Source: Malacoraja senta (taxonomy: Eukaryota). Taken from it: DNA of 64,000 bases. Below are positions 22,729-35,899 of the stretch, piece after piece; position 1 is the first letter of the stretch, and each line of letters begins with the position of its first letter. The notes below the pieces were generated by a model. That model was given only the letters and a program-made list of their open reading frames with translations. It was not told where the DNA came from and did no database searches. Position numbers and translations under genes: made by a program. Where the stretch lies: the NCBI GenBank assembly GCA_038087875.1, contig JAXLNO010000680.1, forward strand, positions 310,001 through 374,000. The letters run 5' to 3'.

Positions 22729-22924
22729 GGAGAGCCGAGACTGCCCCGCTGGTGGCCAACTTCCCCCTGTCCTCCGTCGCCGCTCCCAGCCGGCCGGCAG
22801 GAGCTGTGCATGGAGCCCACCACCGGAATCGTGTCTGACTGCCTGGGCAGCCTGAGGGAGGCAGATGCACCCTGCCCGGGGAGAGGCCGCGGAGAGACTG
22901 CGGGGGGAGTACCTCACTCTGACT

Positions 22925-23830
22925 GTGATAGGGAGAGACAGAGGCGCACACACACACACAGTGTGGAGTTCCTCTGACTGACTGACTGTGTGGGGGGTGG
23001 GACAGAGAGAGAGAGAGACACACACACACACAGGCAGCGTGGAGTACCTTTAACTGTGTGTGTGGGAGAGAGAGACAGAGGCAGACACACACACACAACG
23101 GGCAGTGTGTACCTCAGTCTGTGTGTGTGTGTAGGGGAGAGAGAGACACAGAGACAGTCTGGACCTCTGACTGTGTATGAAGGAGAGAGGGGGAGAGAGA
23201 CAGAGAGAGAGAGAGGCACAGAGGCAGTGTGGTGTACTGCGGCGTGACTGTGGGGGTGAGAGAAAGAGCGCACAGGACCTCGGTCTATCTGTGTGTGTGG
23301 GAGGGAAGAGAGACTAAGCAGAATACATCGGTCTTATTGTGTGTGGGGGAGAAAGAGAGAGGTGGGGGGGGGGGGGGGGGGAGAAAGAGAGAGGTGGGGG
23401 GGGGGGGGGGGGGAGAAAGAGAGAGGTGGGGGGGGGGAGAAAGAGAGAGGTGGTGGGGTGGAGAAAGAGAGAAATGGGGGGAGACGTATATACACACAAA
23501 GCAGAGTTTAACTGTGTATGTGGGAGACACAGATGGACACACAGATGGACTTACCTCGGTCTTACTGTGTGTGGGAGAGGGGGAGAAAGATACGTACATT
23601 CACAGAGGCAGAGTCTCTCAGCCTGTGTGAGAGGGAGGGAGGGAGGAAGAGAGAGACACACGCACACAAGGTGGATGTGAAATCTCACCCGCCTGTTTCA
23701 GTGACCAGCACCCACCGCTAGTGAATGAAGACACCCCCATCTGTCTCCCCCTCCTCTCCCTCCACTCTCCACCCACTCTCCTCCACCCCCCATCCTCCCT
23801 CCTCCAACCCCCCACTCCCCCCCAATTTGG
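22925..23830. repeat. GA/CA/GT microsatellite-rich low-complexity tract
   Basis: Mixed (GA)n, (CA)n, (GT)n and poly-G blocks upstream of the leader exon. Confidence 0.85.
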
Positions 23831-26800
23831 AAATGTCATCCCATCACCCATTCCTTCTCTCCAGAGATGCTGCCTGCCCACTGAGTTAAAGAGTTCCCAC
23901 GGTAGACTCACGAGTCACTAAGGTAAACGCACGGGCCACTACATTCTTACAACGTGTTTAAATGTTTCAATTTTTAACCTCAAGAGTACAATTTACTCGT
24001 GGAAAAGTTTAAACATGTTTGAATTTTTCCAAGAGTTAACAAGTGTCACGGGTACGTGTCGTTAGCGTCAAGAGTCGCTAAGTTGCGTCCACGAGTTCCG
24101 ACGTTCCCGCTACGTTAATCGTACGTGATTACGACGAGTTAAATTTGTTTTAAGCTCGGGGTACCTCGTGGGTCAGCTCGCACCGTGAGACAGGGGTTAA
24201 GCAAGAAATTCAGCAAGGTGTTGAACTGTTGATGGAAGCCTACCCAGAAGATGTTGACCTGAAACTTACGGATGAATTTTTGAACTTTCACTCTCTGTCT
24301 CTTACAGACCGTTATCAAATACTATACAAGGAAACAATTCAGATGGCCTTCCCTAATGTGGAAGCAATCTTGCGGCTGTTTCTTAGCTTAATGTCACCAA
24401 CTGCTCTGGAGAGAGGTCTTTCTCAAGACAAAAGAATTAAAAATGAATTAAGGTCCACAATGTCTCAAGAGAGGCCGTCTGCACTGAACATTCTGTGCAT
24501 TGAGAGTGACAAACTTAGACAAACACATCTTGGTGAACTACTGGATGATTTTGCTATGAAGAAGGCGAGAAAAAAGCATTTTTGCTCTTAGTGTATTTGT
24601 AGTTTCTTTATTTCTTAATATTCCACATTCAATTCAAGAGTCACTTATTGTCACATGCACCAATTGGTACAATGAAATTTGGGGTCACCATCCGACATCG
24701 GAACGGGAGAACATTCTCAGCGGTTTCGACTTTCGAATCGGCCACTTCCTACCGGAGACCGCGGCTCCCAAAGTCCACAGGCTGAGCTGGGCGGAGATTC
24801 ATGCTGGTGGCCCTCGGCAAAGGGATGTTGAAATCAGCGTGGCCCAAGGCTGGGAGCTCTGCAAACCACAGCTCTGATGTTGAAGCAGCAGGCCCAACAC
24901 TCCAGAGCTTCAGACGGCGATCCAGGTAAGGCATCGCCCGCTCTGCCGTGAATCCAATATGTATTTTAAAACCAACTGTTTAATGACAATATACAGTAGG
25001 ATCTAAAAGTGTCACACTGTCACTGTCGGGTAGTCATGGTCCTCTAGTCGCGGAATTGGGGGATTGAGGGGGGGGGGGAAATCACATGTGAACTAGCTTC
25101 GGGCCTCTCTTCATCTAAATCCGGCCCTGGGGAGATAGTACAGGATGGGGGGGGGGGTCAGTGCAGGATCGATGGGGGTATCAGTATGGGGAGATCAGTG
25201 CAGGATGAATAGATCGGGGGGGGGGGGTAGATGTGGAGGGGAGCACAGGGGATGTCTGTGAGGACTGAATAGAGGTGGGAATGGGGATCAGTGGGTCAGG
25301 CAGCATCTCTGGAGAAAAGGAATAAGTGACGTGAGAAGAGGGGTCCCAGGATAAGAGGGGTGGGGCCTATAAGAGAGAGAGAGAGAGAGAGAGAGGGGGG
25401 AAGTTCACAGGTGGTGGGGAAGAAGGAAGGTCAGCGCTCCTCGGACAACACCGGCATCATCGCCCCGCTACCTTGGCTGTCCCTGTCCACCACTAAGTGC
25501 CGTCGCCAAAGGGGGAGGCAGCTGAGAACTCTTCGCCACCGCCTCCCCTCCGGAGTGGCACATAGCGGGCGGGCGGGGCCGCCTTCGCCACTGCTGCTGC
25601 TGTGCGAGGCCCGACATTCGCTCCGACCCTCGGTCACCCTGCACTACAGCCTCCGCGCCGGGGAGGCGGGGGGCGATGAGGGACCGGCGGGAGGGGAGAA
25701 GGGACCGGCAGGGAGGGGGCGAGGGACCGGCGGGGGGGGGGAGGGGGGAGGTGGCGTGGACCCGGCCGAAGCGGCGCCTGATGTCGGGTCACGGCCGCTG
25801 CCAGCACTGTTCAGAGTCAGTCCTTCCCGCTTCCCACCTGGCGATGGGAGAACGGTCTCCCCGGACCGCCCGCCGGCAGCGGACCCGCTCCATGGCCGCC
25901 AGGTTGACAAGCGGCGAGGCTTCGATGCCGTGGATGGAGGCGATGCACCGTGCTGGGAGACACCGCAGCCCCGGGCACGGAGAAGCGGGCACTCCTTTTT
26001 TTTCCCCAAGTCATCCCGCGGGTCGGATTGGACCATTCGCGGGTAGTTTAACAAACAGACTGATTCCCTCTCCCCGCAACGCAACGCAATATTTCACGGT
26101 CCCACACCCAAACTAGGCCCGGGGCGTCGAGGCGATGCATTGGAAATGGCGACGCCTAATCCCGCCCACTGCGCGCGCGCGGAGAGACTGAGTCATTTTA
26201 TGTCGCTACCGCGTCACCAGCTTCTCCCAACTGCGCAGGTCGCAAATATTTTTTTTCAAATCATCCCGTGGGCCAGAACCAGAATTTTCCAAATTGCGGT
26301 CCAATTTTTTAATTTGTTTTCTCGGGATTTGCTTTTATTCTGGAAAGAAAGGGGGGTGCGACCGCACCCAACGCATTGCTATTGATATTGCCATTGATGA
26401 GATTTCTGATTTGTTCGTATTATTATTATTGTGTAGTGACGTTTTTTTCTTTTTTTTAAATCTTGTTTCTCTGGGTGTCTAAATTTTTAGCTAATTAAGT
26501 TATTACATCGGACGGAAGCTGCATACCAAATCGCGTTGGACCTCTGTGCATTGACAATAAAAGATATTATTATTTTTATTATTACGTTGAATAATTTGTG
26601 TAACAAATATTAAAACCAAGTCTCAAAAAAGAAATATGCTCGTGGCTATTTACCAGAGTACCTGAAGATTTATTTCATCGAATCTATTACAAACAAACAG
26701 CTTCCAATGTGTTTACTGTGCCGCAAGACATTTTCTAACGAAGCAATGAAACCAAGTCGATTGCGAGAACATCTTTCTACAAAGCATCCAAAAGATAAAG

Positions 26801-29800
26801 ATAAGCCCATTGAATAATTTCAAGAACAGCATGAAAGATTTCAAAATCGTTCTACAATGACTGCATCATTCAAGAAACAAAATGCAAAGAACGAAGATGG
26901 ATTAACTGCAGCTTATCGTGTATCACAATTAATTGCAAAAAGTCATAAAAGCCATAACATTGGAGAAACTTTGATAATACCCTCAATCAAAGAATTTATC
27001 TCAGCAGTAGTGCATCAGGATATAACTGAAGTTATAAAAACATTGCTATAACTGAAGTTATAAAAACATTGCCCCTTGGCGATACCACAGTAATGTTGAA
27101 AATAAACATAGCTAATCTCCAAAATTCATCATTTTCCATGCAGTTGGACGAGTCTACCATTGCAGATAATAATGCTTTATTGAAGGCATATGCACGTACA
27201 TTGATGAAAACAGTACTTTGCAAGAATAAATGTTATTCACTTTAAATCTTATTACAGATACAAAAGGATTATCAATATTTACTGCTGTGAAATCGTACTT
27301 TGCAAAAAATAATAGAGATATTAAACGAGAACTTACCAGTTTGAAGTTTGAACTTTATTTTATGAGGTGGCGATGAGGGATTATGTGAAGAAGCACGCCA
27401 GACCGCATGCGCGTCAAACTTCAAAGTAGCTGTATGAACCCACAGAATAGTTGCTGACCTAAGCTATAGAGAGATTGAAAGATAGAACTACCGAATGATC
27501 TTTATGAGAAGAGGATTGGGAGTGGAGGGCACGTAATCCCTCATCGTAACTTCTCATAAAATAAAGATCAAACTTCAAACAGGTAAGTTCTCGTTTAATC
27601 TCTCTATTTTTATTTCGAAGTCACGTGAGTGACTACGTGAAGATTTCAAAGCTCTGTGGTTTCATACTGTGACATAATCTGTGTGTGAAAACACTAAAAC
27701 AGATAACCATTAATGACAGGAAAAACATGAGGTATTAACATCACGATGCTAACTTGCATACATGGCCATTGCTCTAAACTGGCCTGTAGTCCCAATAGAC
27801 TGTTGAGTTAGACAATAATGTATGCAAGAAAGTGCATAATTCTATCTGCGAACACCCAGACATATTCCACCAAATTTATAATTTGTTAAGCTGCATTATG
27901 TAAACCTCATGCTGCATGATGAAAGTGAAACCCATTGTATTGGCTGCTAGTGAGCCATCAGCAATATCTTGAGAGTATTGAAAGAAAAGAATTATGTTCC
28001 ATATCATAGACACTAGCAACTGTATGCCTAATGACATCCCTGATCTCTGCCGTGGTGAGTATGCTGTTAACCTCAATGCACACAATCCTGCTCATTTGTT
28101 TAGGAGATTATTCCTATAACAAGCTACCCTAATGTCCGTATGACATAGAGACTAGGCCAGAGATTGAGCAAGGATGTGTTCTTATTGCTGAGATCAGCTG
28201 CTGAAAGCATAATCATTTAAAGATACTGGTCCCATAGCGAAATGTTGATGAATATTTGCACAACAAACACTGATATACATCGCACACTACAATGAGTGTA
28301 GGCTATTAGGGTGGTGAAATAAAGGACACCCTGCATAACGTTAGAGAATAGTGGGTGAAGAACTAATCATTTACGTCCCACTTGGTATAGCAGACATGAT
28401 AAAACAGCACAGGAAACTGTCAATTGTGCTGTCCCATAAAGTTTCTCTAGGCTCAAACTGGAAGCCACACAACCTTGTTACTTCCGTATAGAATTGACTC
28501 ACACATGTTGTTCACAAACTTCTCATACAATCGTGCAGAGCTAGCTGGCCGAGAAGACAGGCTGTCCCAGCCGTCACATGTGAAGGAGTGAATAAGAGTA
28601 GCTTCACCCGTCTACCATGGCGTGACTGAATAGGCAAACTGGTACTGTTGAATTCCATGTTGCCTTAAATGTAATATTGCTAAAATATCTACCGACAATG
28701 CATAAGATTTATCATTTGCAATATAGCATAATACCCACAACTCGGTGACATAATGCCCTTAATCTGAGAAGGGCAGCATAGGCTTTCACCACTAGCTTTA
28801 TTATAAACAGCAGAAACTCTGCCTATGCGTATCGATATGACAGAGTATACAACTACAAGATCGATTCTCTGAGTTAGTTAAATTGCAGATACCCAATCAT
28901 CCATCTTAAACTGGGTAAGTGAACCCACAATTTGATTAGCCTAATAGTATCCTGATACGGCCTGCACCATATTTCTGTAATCTTGAGAAATATACCCCTC
29001 TAGTCCTTGGTCAGACCACACATCCTCGGATGAGTTGTCACTGAATGTACTTGGAACCGCTGTTCCTCCGTAGATCCTACGGATGGAATTTTTGTGGGGC
29101 TTCTCTACCGGCGGAAGATGCATATCTAGCTATTCATACATATCGCTGATAATATCATCAGCAGCTAATGACTAGAGCAGAACCACAGTTTCCCTTAATT
29201 GTGAGAAAACTAGTTTCCTGTCAACTCTAGACTATTAGAGCCATGATGGATACGTTGCGTTTCCCTTCAGAGTGGAGATTAGTATAATGCAAAGCTGAAT
29301 CAAGAATTACGTCGCAGACCATTGACTGAAACTACATGTCTAAATCTCCAGGGTGCATAACACAATTTGTTGGACGCACCACTCAATCAGGAATAGTGGT
29401 ATTGAGAAACTATGGATTATTATAAACACATTGTTGATTGACAACATGACCTGCAGGTCAAAAAAGTTATAATCTATTGCAGACGAGCTTTCTGCTGGTA
29501 AGTATCTGTCCCAGAGAAAATGGCAATGAAGATTCCAATGAACCAGTGACTCTGGTAAATGAGGAGAATAAACCATATGTTGAGAAAAACTTCAACTACT
29601 TAATTCTATTGCCCAGTCTGATACCTCTCATAGATGATGAAGCAGTGCTTCTCTGGTCACTATGACTGTATAGTCAGCCAGATTCATGATGGTCTACCCT
29701 GATCCAGCTGGTAGTAAACCTTAAGGTGGGCCGACAGACTGCTCCATTTCGGAGTTTACGGAAGTTAATGATGAGACCTACTTACCAGCGTCTCTAACCC

Positions 29801-30179
29801 CTGGTCGCTTACCTTCGTTGGAGCTTCAGCGAAGTTCCATTTGCAGACTCTGTCCATCATGTGTGTCATTTCTGTTAGATAGCTGATGCTGCTGGCCAAC
29901 TTCTCTTGTAGTGGCTAGTCCGTCCCCGATGGAGCAGCAATTTTAGAGGGAAGCACACCGCTTTTCCTCATGCGATTGTCGTACATCATGCATTAAAGCA
30001 TGGGATCCCGGCACATAGTCATATTCGGGGTCATGTTTGGAGTTAGTCCGTACCGACCTTTGACACTCTCTTGGTGGGACAACTGCACCTTGAACCAGGT
30101 GTTACCATCCGTATGCCTCGAACTGTCTGTGCATGCTTCTATACCGAGCATATTTGCGACACCATCTCCGATAGTCTTT

Positions 30180-30540
30180 CGGGTGGGAGGAAAAATGCGA
30201 ACCTTGAAACCAAGGCAGCTGCAGGCATATGACTTGAACTGCCTGTGTATGCTTCCGTGATACGGGGCATAATATATGCGGCTCCATCTTCATACTTCAT
30301 ACATCCGAATGGGAGGACTTATGCAAACCTGAACCAGGAGCTGCCTCAGGCATGTGTGCATATACTTTAGCACCATCTCCATCACTACGTTCAACCGAGT
30401 GGGAGGAAATTGCAACCCTGAACCAGGCGTTGCTTCAGGCATATGTGCATACTCTTTAGCACCATCTTCACCACTCTGTTCATTTGAGTGGGAAGAAATT
30501 TGCAACCCTGAACCAGGAGCTGCTGCCTGACATGCCTTAA
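30180..30540. repeat. Degenerate ~89-bp tandem repeat (3-4 copies) inside DIRS
   Basis: GGGAGGAAATTGCAACCCTGAACCAGG recurs at ~30185, 30311, 30400 and 30490; also at ~59375-59735. Confidence 0.75.
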
Positions 30541-31249
30541 GATGGAGCATTCCTTGTGTTATCATTTAATTCATCAGATGTTCGTGATTGAGACAAACCC
30601 CAATCTTGTCTGACATAGATGTCCCAAGACTTGGCACTTTGCCCCGACTTGGGGTTATCAGGTTGCTCCCTTGAGCAGCTGCCAGGACTAGCTGTGCAGA
30701 TCGATGATCTGTTGGTATCCTCATTTACCAAACAGGCTGCACGTGCTAGTGACTCCGAGTCCTGCTCCCTTCCGGTGCCAACACAGTATACAGGGAAGGA
30801 CTGGAGCGCCTCTGGCCCCCATACCCCAGACAGAGTGGGAGAAATGCTGGAAACCTGACAGGTGTATGTCACAGGCAATGACGTTTACATGACTGAAAAC
30901 CCTATCCCAATAAAATCAGAGATTTGATCACTTTATTGATATGCATAAAGTTGGCGTCTTTTGGAAAGGAATCTTCCACAGTCCCCTCTAATGAGAGGAA
31001 ATGACCATGACGCCACCAGGTGTAGCTCCCACAGGTGACTGATAGGCACAGCTCAACAAGGCTTCCCAAGCCGGGGGCTCTGGACTGCCATGGCAGGTCC
31101 AATTCCACTACACCATTTTATTGGTGTAAGTGATAATAAATGTTCCTTGTAATTTTTCACTTTTAAACATAAAGTAAATTGGCATGATAATACATATTTA
31201 GGACATTGCCAAGAATAAAACCTGAACTGATATTATGAATCAGAGGATA

Positions 31250-31350
31250 CCAGCACAATGGTGCAGCTGGTAGAGCTGATGCGAGAGACCTGGTCTTGCA
31301 GCACCAGACCAGGCTTCGATCCTGACCACAGATTTATCTGTGTGGAGTTG
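31250..31350 (+). mobile_element. SINE 5' (tRNA-like head) fragment inside DIRS
   Basis: TGGTGCAGCTGGTAGAGCTG...GGCTTCGATCC A and B boxes. Confidence 0.6.
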
Positions 31351-33279
31351 CAGCTCATATGATGTATTGGCTATGATAGTCACAAACGTGACCCTGTGGC
31401 AACTATTATAATGCCAACTTTATTATAGCCATACATTAAAAGAATACACTATATGTGCTAAACATAGCTGTAGCATCAACCCAGTTAAATTTGATTGGTG
31501 CTACAGCAGACTGAACTTACCCAAGCGGTATTTAAAAAACTCACCTGTAGTAACACCCGCAATTAATGTAAGTTCGCTGAATTTGTAACTCTGGCTGCCT
31601 GCTCCCGAGTGGAGTTGTGATGTCGGCCGCCTCTATAATTAGGGCCGTCTGCTGAAGACTGTAACGGCTACAGCCGTAAACCCAGTTTTAAACGAGCCTG
31701 TCGGCTCTGAACTGGGTCGTCCCCTGCCTTGTGCAGACTAACGGCAAACAGCCGCATGAAACCCTCTAACTTGAGCCGCTTGCTCCCCTATGGGGACTGC
31801 GGCAAAATATACCCCACGCTAGCTACAGTGGAGCGGCTACTTTTTGGGGGGCCCGCTATAGAACGGCCCGAAGAAAACTGACTTACCTTGCAGAGCAGCG
31901 CGGGAACTGCTCTGACTAGCGCCATGTGCAAGACGTAATAACGCGCATGCGGTCTGGTGGGCTTCTTCACGTAGTCACTCACGTGACTTCGAAATAAAAT
32001 GTGCCCTATATCAATATTGTTGCATGCGCTACTGATGGAGCACCATCAATGATAGGTCGCCATTGTGGTTTTGTTGCTTATTTGAAGGAGGAAGTGCCAA
32101 TGTGTATTCATTGTGTGGTACACAGGCAACATCTTGTAGGAAAACATTTGAGTACAAGCCTTCATTCATAATTAAGTATAATAATTAGGGCTATAAATAA
32201 GATCAAATCGAATGCCCAAAATGATAGAATATTTCGACAGCTGTGCCAGGACAATAATAAGCAATTGATTAGGTTACCGTTACACACAGAAGTTTGTTGG
32301 CTCTCAAAGGGTGCATGCTTGACTCGTTTTGTTGAATTATATGAGAGTGTCATACCGTTTTTTGAAAGTGAAAATGAGGCTGGTCTCTGTCAACAATTAA
32401 AAACAATAAAGCATCATGCATTTTATTTGGCAGGCATTTTTAAGAAATGTTATGAACCTAATTTGCAGCTTCAAGGAGCCAACATAACACTTATCAGTTG
32501 CAAAAATGCTGTGGCATTATTTATCGAAAAACTTGATCTTTTCCGTCATAATCCTTTGAAGCAGGAATTTTATCAGTTTCCGGAATTGACATCAATAAAA
32601 GATCATGTGACTCCAGAGGAGATTGAATGCTTCAGTGGTCACCTCAATTAACTTAAATTGGATATGGATAAAGGATTTAGTGATAGTTTGAACTTGAAGG
32701 TGTATGACTGGACGGTGAATCCTTTTACTGCAAATGCTGTTGAGGCTGATATAACATGCCAAGAAGAACTATTAGAACTTAAATATGATGAAGAGAGCAA
32801 ATCAAATTTCAATAGTAGATACCAAAAACTCTGGCATGATTAAGAAATGTCTGCCTTATATCCAAATATGTGGCAAATGATATTAATTTATTGCAACCTT
32901 TCCCTACCTCATAGCTAGTGGAATCAGGCTTTAGTGCTGTGAATCATATTGTCACCAAACAGAGAAACTGTCTGAAAATCACTGAAAGAGGAGACCTTCA
33001 CTTGTTCCTTACGAAAATCGAACCAGATATCCAACATTTAGTTTCTCAGCATGTGGCTCAATGATCTCATTAAATTAAAGGTAATTTCAATTAATTTTAT
33101 TGTTTTATGCAGGGTATGTAACTCTAAAAAAATATATATATATTATTGGGCGGTACGGATATGCTACCCTCACGAAAGTTACAAAAGTTGGCGCTAAGTA
33201 TTAAAAGGTTGAAGAGCACTGCTTTAAAAGGCGCTCATCAGACCACATTTAGAATATTGTGAGCAGTATGGGATACATA

Positions 33280-33860
33280 TAGATAGATAGATAGATAGAT
33301 AGAATCTTTATTTGCCACACGACCAGGGTTGGTGGTATTTGGGTTCGGTACATGATGGTACACTGCTTTAGTCACATTAACACTAATAACAACACAGATC
33401 ATAATAATAAAGTGCATCCATACCACATCACAAATCACAAATCTCGCCAACAATACATAGTGCAAAAGAACAGACAAAAACCATAGACAAGACACTGTAT
33501 ACATCAAAGTCAAAAAGTTATTGGAGGGAATTAAGTGTTCTTATTGCTGAGGGGAAGAAACTGTTTTTAAAACGGGTGGATTTTGTAGCAAGTGACCTAA
33601 GGCGCCTCCCTGAAGGGAGAGACTGGAAAAGGTGGTTTGCTGGATGGGAGGGGTCCGAGATGATCTTTGTTGCCCGTTTTGAGGTACGTTGGAGGTAAAT
33701 GGAATGGATTGAGGGGAGGGGAGAGTTGATGATCCTAGAGGCCTTGGAGACAGTATATCACAGGAAGGATATACTAGCATTGGGAAGTGTCCAGTTGTGG
33801 TTACGAGAATAATCCTGGTGATGATTGGGTGAACCGTGCGAAGTGTTTTATGGATATGGG
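33280..33860 (-). mobile_element. Old LINE 3' fragments with (TATC)n tail
   Basis: (GATA)n followed by TTTATT on the plus strand; degenerate Rex/L2-like coding remnants. Confidence 0.45.
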
Positions 33861-34065
33861 CCTGTATCAATGGAGTTCAGAAGTTGAGGAAGGTTCTTAT
33901 AGAAACCTACTGTATCTTATAATGACTGGATGTGGAGAGGATGTTTCCAGTAGCTGGAGAGTCTGGGGCCTGAGGGCAACAGAATAAAAGGATGTCCCTG
34001 CCTCAGACCGTCAGTACATTTTTCCCAAGGTTGAAATCTCAAATACAACAGGGCATAGCTTTATG

Positions 34066-35106
34066 TAGGTATGTTACAAAACTTACCTTCAGCGGCGCTG
34101 CAGTTCTGTCACTGCCCGTGTGCGCGACTTTGGCGCCTTTGAGAGGGGGCGGGTTTAAAATGCGATATTTCGTCAGCCTGTTCTAAACGATCTTGAACAG
34201 GCTAAATAGTTGATGAAGAAAAATCGCTTTGACTGCCGTTTTATTAAGTTTATTAAAATTAGCGCTTTATAATTAAATTGTTGGATAAAATTAAAATCAT
34301 CTTCAAATGCCTTCAACGCCGACAACGGGACGGATTTCACGCACGGGACAAGGCAAGGTACACCATTTATTTTTTCATATAAACTTGCTTCTTAGGATGC
34401 CTTTAATAAAAATTTCAAGTTGCGAAAATGTGATTATTTAAATATACCAACCGGCAGTATTTTTCCTGCCGATATTGGGGTTTAAATTCACTGCAACCGC
34501 AACGTTCCAAACCAGCGCGTTCCACAAAATCCCACTCGCAAGATGATTTAAATGGCCATTAATTTACAGGAATTAAACACTAAATTCCTTCCATTTGGCC
34601 TATAAATTAATGACAATGAGATTTAAAAATAATGTTATATTGTGAATTCTTGTGTGAATGGTATTTGGACACTTAGGCTTTTTAAAAATGTTAACTTTTT
34701 CTTAAGAAATGGATAGATATTTAGATCTAGTAATTGAATTTTGTAATTAGCTACAATTGGGTAACTAACTAATTATATGCTTTAATTTCAGGTCATCCAA
34801 GTAAGATTGTTTCATATTTGTTTCAGAATGCTTCAATCTATAATAGCTGAAAATTTCATTAAGTTCTCTTAATTTTTAAGAAAGTTATGGGCTTTTGACT
34901 GTCCTTGATCACAGCTTTTGTGTTAAGTCAATGGAAAAGCAATGGGGACAAGATGCTAATTTCCGAGTATGAAAATGGCCATAACGTTTTTAATACTAAA
35001 GATATGAAAGTGAATTAGGTGTCAAATTAAACTTCTTTTTATGCTTTATCTGATGGAATAAATTGCAGACTTGATTTTTAAAATCTCAACATTTTGTAAC
35101 ATTGCT
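34066..35106. mobile_element. Non-autonomous hAT-like DNA element inserted in a CR1 3' end
   Basis: 8-bp TSD GCTTTATG (34058-34065, 35107-35114) and TIR core ATGTTACAAAA. CR1 sequence is continuous across the site. Confidence 0.82.
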
Positions 35107-35399
35107 GCTTTATGGTGAGGGGGAGGGAGGATTTAACGGAGAGGTGCGAGGCATGTTTAGTGTGAGACAAAGTGTGGTGGGTGCCTGCAACGTGCTGCCA
35201 GGGCTGGTAGTGGAGGTATATATGGAAGTGACATTTAATGGTCATATAGATAGGCACATGATATACAAGGAATGGACAGACATGGATCAAATGCAGTTGA
35301 ACCCGGCATAATGTTCAGCACGGACATTGTGGGTCGACGGGCGTAGTCCAGTGTTGTACTGTTCTATTGGAAAAGGGTAGATTTATTTACCTTCTACTA

Positions 35400-35700
35400 A
35401 CATGTGCATCCACCATAATGAAGTGATTGAGAGGTTGGTTATGGCAGACTTTAATTCCGTTCTCAGAATTGACGCAACTGCTTCAGTTTGCTCATCAGCA
35501 AAACCGGTCAACTACAGATGTCATCTCACAGGCTCTCCATTTTGGTTTGTACCATCTGTATAACAGAAACACATACTTCAGGCTGCCGGGGTTCATCGAT
35601 TACAGCAAGGCATTCACACAATCATCCCCTTGAAACGCATCCAAAACTTGGGCCCCTATACTTCCCTTTGCAACTGGATCCTTGGCTTCCTCACCGGCAG
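35400..35700 (+). mobile_element. Rex/Babar-like RT fragment
   Basis: LQFAHQQNRSTTDVISQALH...FIDYSKAF. Confidence 0.7.
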
Positions 35701-35899
35701 GCCTTAATAAGTGCAGAATGTATCCCAACTATCCTTGTACCAAGCATCCTTGTCACTCATGTCATCCCTGGATTGATATCCATTCAATTAATTGACGGTT
35801 GTCCACACTGGAGCCTGCCCCACAAGGTCCAACAGCGGAAGGACAATAGACTGTGGTCCTCGCCTACAAAGCCACGGTGTTGGCTGCACCAAGCTTCAG

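Larger units (their letters stand above)
22085..24197. mobile_element. Non-autonomous PIF/Harbinger-type element carrying host-like cargo
   Basis: ~44-bp TIR (GCCCTGTCTCACGGTGCGAGTTGACCCACGAGGTACCCCGAGC and its reverse complement) with TAA on both sides. Removing it restores the hAT frame (LTAS-K-QEIQQGVELLMEAYPED). Confidence 0.9.
20394..25129 (+). mobile_element. Defective hAT transposon (Tip100/ZMYM1-like transposase)
   Basis: 14-bp TIR CAGGGCCGGATTTA/TAAATCCGGCCCTG and perfect 8-bp TSD GGGAGATA. Transposase motifs RGQSYDNAANMAG, IPCAAHSLNL and TRW lie in 21228-22084. The dimerisation domain FPNVEAILRLFL...KRIKNELRSTMSQER lies in 24198-24591. Confidence 0.95.
27311..32000 (-). mobile_element. 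DIRS1-like tyrosine-recombinase retrotransposon, degenerate
   Basis: Inverted terminal repeats (27386-27415 vs 31941-31970). An internal complementary region at ~27530-27642 joins the complements of both termini. AAT is shared at both ends with no TSD. Removing the element restores the hAT frame (KNNVPY). No long internal ORF survives. Confidence 0.9.
26600..33221 (+). mobile_element. Defective hAT transposon, Buster/Charlie type (SCAND3/ZBED5-like), split by a DIRS element
   Basis: BED finger LPMCLLCRKTFSNEAMKPSRLREHLSTKHP (~26700-26790), SMQLDEST, ACATDGAPSM, CIHCVVH and HTEVCWLSKG. Right TIR reads CAGTGCTCTTCAACCTTT on the minus strand, ending at 33221. Left TIR not found. Confidence 0.9.

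Noticed and set aside
21096..24591. Domesticated ZMYM1-like gene
   Set aside because: It has TIRs and a TSD, stops, frameshifts and nested insertions, so it is a dead transposon.
26600..33070. Domesticated ZBED5/SCAND3/FAM200-like gene
   Set aside because: Multiple stops and frameshifts, a DIRS insertion and a retained TIR.
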